Below, piece after piece: positions 57,545-64,000 of a stretch of 64,000 nucleotides of DNA (the stretch's first letter is position 1; each line of letters starts with the position of its first letter). The stretch comes from Entomortierella parvispora E1425 (taxonomy: Eukaryota > Fungi > Mortierellomycota). Made by a program: the position numbers and the translations under genes. Location: the NCBI GenBank assembly GCA_020891255.1, contig BQFW01000002.1, positions 3,286,001 to 3,350,000 of the forward strand, written 5' to 3'. The notes under the pieces are model-generated. The model ran no database searches. It was not told where the DNA came from and saw only the letters and a list, made by a program, of their open reading frames with translations.

Positions 57545-60500
57545 ATGACTGATTCCCTGCCAATCCGCTTCCAGGAGCATGTCCAGGTAAAGGAGAAAGG
57601 AGACATAACATAACAAAGCCGATTCCGCATCTTATGCTTGCCAGTCTCGAGATCAGGGCGCTTTGTTTCTTACATCCACGCTTCATCCATCTAGCTTCAA
57701 AGCTTGGGCATCAGTGCTGCCAGTATCGGCTTCAACACCCTGACGCTCGAGTCGGACAGATTCATCTGCATTCGTGAGACGACGGGTGACCAGAACCAGG
57801 TTGTCATTGTCGACTTGACGGATCCTACCAACCCAATGCGTCGCCCCATTACCGCCGACTCTGCCATCATGAACCCTGCTACAAAGGTCATTGCCCTGAA
57901 AGGTACTGAAAGCAGAGCTAAAGTCGATGATTTTTCTACGTGGCGGATGTATACATCTTTGATAATATGCTGTACTGACTGTGGTCCAACCTCTACATCA
58001 CCCCTTACTCTTGGATGATCTTACCTATAGCCGGTCGACAGCTCCAGATCTTCAACTTGGAGATGAAGTCCAAAGTAAAATCGCACGTCATGCACGACGA
58101 TGTCGAGTTCTGGAAGTGGATTTCTCTTAAATCGCTGGCCTTGGTCACCGGAACTTCTGTCTATCACTGGTCTATGGAAGGTGATGCACAGCCTGTCAAG
58201 GTTTTTGATCGTCATGCCAGCTTGAACGGAAACCAGATCATCAACTACCGTGTCAACTCGGATGAAAAATGGATGCTTCTTGTCGGAATCTCTTCACAGG
58301 TACGGATTTTGCTGCCACGCCTGCGCAGAAAGCACTTCAGTGAACGATACATCGTCATTGGACATTGAGGAGGATGATAGCAAAAGACGTTGTTGCCACA
58401 TCAGTCCCTGCATCGTCCAGTGTCCACAGATCGAATTTTTTGAAGGCTGAGACGTCATCGACGAATTAATTTTATTAATATCGTTCCTGGTCATCCTTTT
58501 CCGTTTGGGCTTTCTTTCTTTCATTCTTAGGGTGGCCGTGTCGTCGGAGCAATGCAGCTTTACTCCAAGGATCGTGGTGTGAGCCAGCCTATTGAGGGTC
58601 ACGCTGCCGCTTTTGCTGAACTCAAGTTGGATGGCGCTCACTCTGCAACAAAGCTGTTTGCTTTTGCTGTCCGCACTGCCGTTGGAGCCAAGGTACCGTG
58701 CCCGGAATGTCCGACTGAATATAACATCATTGATGTATTTAGGATTGAATACTAACAGTTGAATGCTGTTGTTGGCACCGCTCCCCCATAGTTGCACATT
58801 GTCGAGGTTGACCACAAGGAGGGCAACCCCGTGTACGCCAAGAAGGCCGTTGACGTGTTCTTCCCCCCAGAGGCCAGCGGCGACTTCCCCGTTGCTATGC
58901 AGATCAGTCAAAAGTACAGCATTATCTTCTTGGTCACAAAGTTTGGATTTATTCACCTCTACGATCTGGAGACTGGAACCTGCATTTACATGAACCGCAT
59001 CAGTGGAGAGACTATCTTCGTCACAGCGGAGCATGAGGCCACAAGTGGTGTTATTGGTGTTAACCGAAAGGGTCAAGTCCTTTCAGTCAGTGTGGATGAG
59101 AACAACTTGGTGCCTTACATTGTCAACCATCTCGGAAACACAGAGCTGGCCATCAAGGTCGCCTCTCGCGGTGGATTGCCTGGCGCTGATGATCTCTACG
59201 TCCAGCGCTTCCAGCAGCTCTTCCAATCTGGAGACTTTGGTGAGGCTGCCAAGGTTGCCGCTACTTCCCCAAGAGTAAGTGGGCGCTTATTCGGTTATTG
59301 CCGCTCAGGATGCCTCACCGAATGATACATAACTAAACGCACTCTTATTTTCAATCCCACTCTTTGCAGGGCATTCTTCGCACTCCTCAAACCATCGAGC
59401 GTTTCAAGCAGGTCCCAGTGGCCGCCGGGTCGCTCTCGCCCATTCTCCAGTACTTTGGCATTCTTCTTGAGAAGGGTGAGCTGAACAAATACGAGTCATT
59501 GGAGCTGGCCAAGCCCGTCCTTGCCCAGAACAGGAAGCAGCTTTTGGAGAAGTGGCTCAAGGAGGATAAGGTAACTTTGAACGGAGTCCCCCATGTTTCG
59601 TGGCGTCTCTTCCTAAATCTTACTGCCTCTGCTAACCTCTGCGATATTTGATTGACTTGACTAGTTGGAGTGCAGTGAAGAGCTCGGAGATATTGTCAAG
59701 CAACACGACTTGAACCTTGCCCTTTCAGTATACCTTCGTGCCAATGTCCCCAACAAGGTCATTGCCTGCTTCGCAGAGACCAAGCAGTACTCCAAGATTA
59801 TTCTCTACGCCAACAAGGTTGGATACACACCCGACTACGCCACTCTTCTTCAGCACATCATGCGCATGGACCCTGACAGTGGAGCTGAGTTTGCCACCCT
59901 TCTTGCCAACAACGAGGGAGGTCCTTTGGTGGACTTGGAGAAGGTAAGACGCAACAAGAATCGAAAAAAACGGCATTTCTTTGCTATTCAAAGAAACGAA
60001 GCAAGGCATGAGGTTTGACACCATTTACTCTTTTCATTAGGTTGTCGATGTCTTCATGTCACAAAACATGATCCAGCAAGCCACTGCTTTCTTGTTGGAG
60101 GCTTTGAAGGACAACTTGCCTCAGCACGCCCACTTGCAGACTCGTCTCCTTGAGATGAACCTCATGCACGCCCCTCAGGTTGCCGATGCTATTTTGGGCA
60201 ACGAAATGTTCACTCATTACGACCGCGCCTCCATCGCCACGATGTGCGAGAAGGCAGGTCTTTACCAGCGCGCATTGGAGCACTATACTGAGAACGCCGA
60301 CATTAAGCGAGTCTTGGTTCACACCCACCTCCTCTCTCCCGACTGGGTGATTGCTTACTTTGGCCGTCTCTCAGTCGAGCAGTCGCTGGAGTGCCTGCGT
60401 GAAATGTTGAACGTCAACATGAGACAGAACCTCCAGATTGTCGTGCAGGTTGCTACAAAGTACTCCGACCAGCTTGGAGCTTCCAAGCTCATCGAGCTTT

Positions 60501-63500
60501 TCGAGTCCTTCAAGACTTTTGAGGGTCTTTACCACTACTTGGGCTCTGTTGTCAACCTGAGCCAGGATCCCGAGGTTATTTACAAGTACATCGAGGCTGC
60601 TTGCAAGACTGGCCAGATCAAGGAGGTCGAGCGTATCTGCCGAGAGAGCAACTACTACAACCCTGAAAAGGTCAAGAACTTCCTCAAGGATGCCAAGTTG
60701 TCTGATCAGTTGCCTTTGATCTTGGTGTGCGACCGTTTCGACTTTGTGCACGACTTGGTTCTTTATTTGTACCAGAACAACCTCTCCAAGTACATTGAGA
60801 CCTATGTGCAAAAGGTGAACCCCTCCAGAACACCTGCCGTTATCGGTGCGCTCTTGGATGTTGGTTGCGATGAGTCCGTTATCAAGACCTTGTTGATGTC
60901 TGTCCGTGGCCAGATGCCCATCGGAGAGCTTGTTGACCAGACCGAGAAGCGCAACCGCTTGAAGCTCCTTCTTCCTTGGTTGGAGACCAAGGTCAACGAG
61001 GGAAGCCAGGATCCCGAGGTCTACAACGCCGTTGCCAAGATCTACATTGACAGCAACAACAACCCCGAGCCCTTCCTCAAGAACAATGCGGTAAGTTTGA
61101 ACTTTGGATGGATTCGTAAAGTCACTCTACCTCTCTTTTTCGCATTCTGACCGGTCTTTATTCTCTCTATTTAATCCTCTTGCTTCTAGTTCTACGACTC
61201 CCGCACCATCGGAAAATACTGCGAGAAGCGCGACCCCTACCTCGCGTTCATTGCCTATGAGCGTGGACAGTGCGATATTGAGTTGGTCGAAATCACCAAC
61301 AACAACTCCATGTTCAAGCATCAGGCTCGTTACCTTGTCAAGCGTCGTGATGGCGATCTTTGGGCTCATGTTTTGAGCAACGACAACCCCAGCCGTCGTT
61401 CTTTGATCGACCAGGTTGTGGCCACTGCCTTGCCCGAGACTCAGGATCCCGAGGATGTTTCGATCACCGTGAAGGCCTTCATGGCGGCTTACCTCCCCAA
61501 CGAGTTGATTGAGCTTTTGGAGAAGATTGTTTTGGAGAACTCTGCGTTCAGCGACAACCGCAACCTTCAGAACCTTTTGATCTTGACTGCCATTCAGGCC
61601 GACAAGGGCAAGGTCATGGACTACATCAACCGCCTCGAGAACTTTGATGCTCCCGATATTGCTGACCATGCTATCCGCAACGGTCTCTATGAGGAGGCAT
61701 TTGTGATCTACAAGAAGCACGATGTGCATGCCAGCGCCATCAATGTCTTGATTGAGCACATTGGCAGTATCGACCGCGCCTACGAATACGCTGAGAAGAT
61801 TGACACACCCGAGGTTTGGAGCCGTCTCGGTAAGGCCCAGTTGGATGGACTTCGTATTAAGGAGTCTATCGACTCTTATATCCGTGCCAACGACCCCAAC
61901 AACCACGTTGAGGTTATTCAGCTTGCTTCTCGCGCCGACAAGTACGAGGATTTGGTCCGCTATCTCCAGATGGCTCGCAAGCAGTCGCGCGAGCCCTACA
62001 TCGAGAGCGAGCTGTTGTTTGCCTACGCCAAGACTGGTCGCGTTGCCGATATGGAGGAGATCTTGAACGCACCCAATGTGGCTCAGGTCCAGGCCATTGG
62101 TGACCGCTGTTACGAGGAAAAGATGTACGGTGCTGCCAAGCTCTTGTACTCTAGCATCTCAAACTGGGCCCGTCTTTCCTCGACTTTGGTTCATTTGGGA
62201 GAGTACCAGGCTGCGGTCGACGGTGCGCGCAAGGCCAACAGCACGAAGGTCTGGAAGGATGTCAATGCCGCCTGTATTGAGCACAAGGAGTTCCGTCTTG
62301 CTCAGGTGTGCGGTCTGTCTTTGGTTGTCCATCCCGAAGAGTTGGAGGATTTGATCCGCCTCTACGAGCATCAAGGCTACTTTGAGGAGTTGATGGCTTT
62401 GCTGGAGGCCGGTCTCGGTTTGGAGCGCGCTCACATGGGTATGTTCACCGAGTTGGCCATTCTCTATGCTCGCTACCGCCCCGAGCGTATGATGGAGCAC
62501 TTGAAGATCTTCTGGTCTCGCATCAACATCCCCAAGGTCATCAAGTCCTGCGAGGATGCCCATCTCTGGACCGAGCTCGTGTTCTTGTATGTCCACTATG
62601 ACGAGTATGACAATGCAGCCATTACCATGATGAAGCACTCTGCAGATGCCTGGGAGCATGGCGCGTTCAAGGAGGTTGTTGTCAAGGTCTCCAACTTGGA
62701 GATTTACTACAAGGCTCTTCGATTCTACTTGGATGAGCAGCCCATGTTGTTGAACGACCTCTTGTCAGTGATGGTCCCCCGCATTGACCACAACCGCGTC
62801 ATCCAGATGTTTGAGAAGTCAGAAAACACACCATTGATCAAGAAGTACCTGGTCTCTGTCCAGTCCGTGAACAACTTGGCTGTCAACACTGCCTACCACG
62901 CATTGTTGATCGAGGAGGAGGACTTTGAGCGTCTGCGCAAGTCTGTGGACACTTTCAGCAACTTTGACAACATTGCATTGGCCAAGGAGTTGGAGTCTCA
63001 CGAGTTGCTCGAGTTCCGTCGCATTGCCGCTCACCTTTACAAGCGCAACAAGAAGTGGAGACAGTCCATGACGCTCTCCAAGCAGGATCGTCTCTACAAG
63101 GATGCCATGGATACCGCCGCCGAGTCGAACGATACCTCTGTGGCCGAGGAGTTGCTTCAGTACTTTGTCGAGTCGGGTCACAAGGAGTGCTTTGCTGCCT
63201 GCTTGTACATCTGCTACGATTTGGTCCGCCCTGATGTCGTCCTTGAGTTGGCTTGGCGCCACGGTCTTCAAGACTTTGCCATGCCCTACATGGTCCAGTT
63301 CACACGCGAGTACGTGACCAAGGTCGATAAGCTCGACAAGGCTCACGAGGAGCGTGTGGCCAAGGAGAGCAAGGAGCACCAAGGGTCAGAGATGACCCCT
63401 ATCCTGGGTCCTGGCGGCTTGGGTAACAACAGGATGATCACGGCTGGACCAGGGATGATCCCACCCCAGCAGACTGGAATGAGCATGGCTGGTGTTGCTT

Positions 63501-63526
63501 ATGGTCAGAACAGCTACGGCTTCTAA
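57545..63526 (+). CDS. CHC1: Clathrin heavy chain
   Basis: [14 protein letters not shown] start; beta-propeller ([22 protein letters not shown]); CHCR repeats; trimerisation region; multi-exon. Confidence 0.98.
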
Positions 63527-64000
63527 ACCAAAAAAAAAAAAACGGACGACGCGGAGCAGCCACGATAGCTCTTTGAAAGAACGACGTATTACTCTATCCA
63601 ATATGATGATAATGCACATTTTTGCAATAAAACACAAGTTACAAGTACATCTCGCTCTTGCACTGTTGGTTTCTGGTCTTTGGCATTGGGGAGGCAACCA
63701 GATGAAGGAGAGCCGACTTTGTTTTTGTCTTCAATCACGACATCACGACAGAAATGACTTTTTTTTTTGTTTTTTGTTTTTTTATATTTTTTTTTACTTG
63801 GTTGGGGGTGGTGCTATACAACGATGAAATATATAGGCAAACTCTGAAGTTTGGAGGAGGTGGAGTAGTTGACGGTGGTGCTGAGGAGGAGAAGGAGGAG
63901 GAGGGTGGTCCGTCCCGATGGTCCCGAATGGTATATGAAGGGGTGGGCCTTGGAAACAAATACAAACGCAAAACGAGCTTTCCTTCATGGGAAGGAAGCA

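Noticed and set aside
55773-57545. Several 100-260-aa ORFs between the SIM-motif gene and CHC1
   Set aside because: Built from microsatellites and CT/GA tracts.
63794-64000. Possible 3' end of a minus-strand gene at the right edge
   Set aside because: The frame is ambiguous and too short to support a call.

Overview
Eukaryotic, intron-rich fungal DNA. Gene style and RNI-type LRR relics suggest Mortierellaceae (Mucoromycota); this is inference. About 24 protein-coding genes are supported, mostly housekeeping: lunapark, Borealin/Nbl1-like, Asi1/3-like RING ligase, SmB, PHB2, an OFA-type MFS transporter, RPL11, MFE-2/FOX2 with SCP2, RPT4, ORC2, PRA1, TBC1D20-like GAP, a Zn2Cys6 factor and clathrin heavy chain. 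There is also one LRR pseudogene. No tRNA, rRNA, CRISPR array or intact transposon was recognised. The most unusual stretch is the CDS-free region ~4.4-6.6 kb. It holds a spliced, apparently non-coding minus-strand leader upstream of at least 9 related hairpins with GNRA loops, G-U wobbles that work only on the minus strand, and covarying stems; two hairpins are bipartite-complementary to the LSU rRNA peptidyl-transferase loop. Other leads: a shared CFEM-like 8-Cys module in three differently anchored surface proteins, a multi-SIM disordered orphan protein, and an RPL11 5' intron whose splicing would destroy an upstream ATG. Exon structures were read by eye, and family calls come from motif recognition, not database searches.
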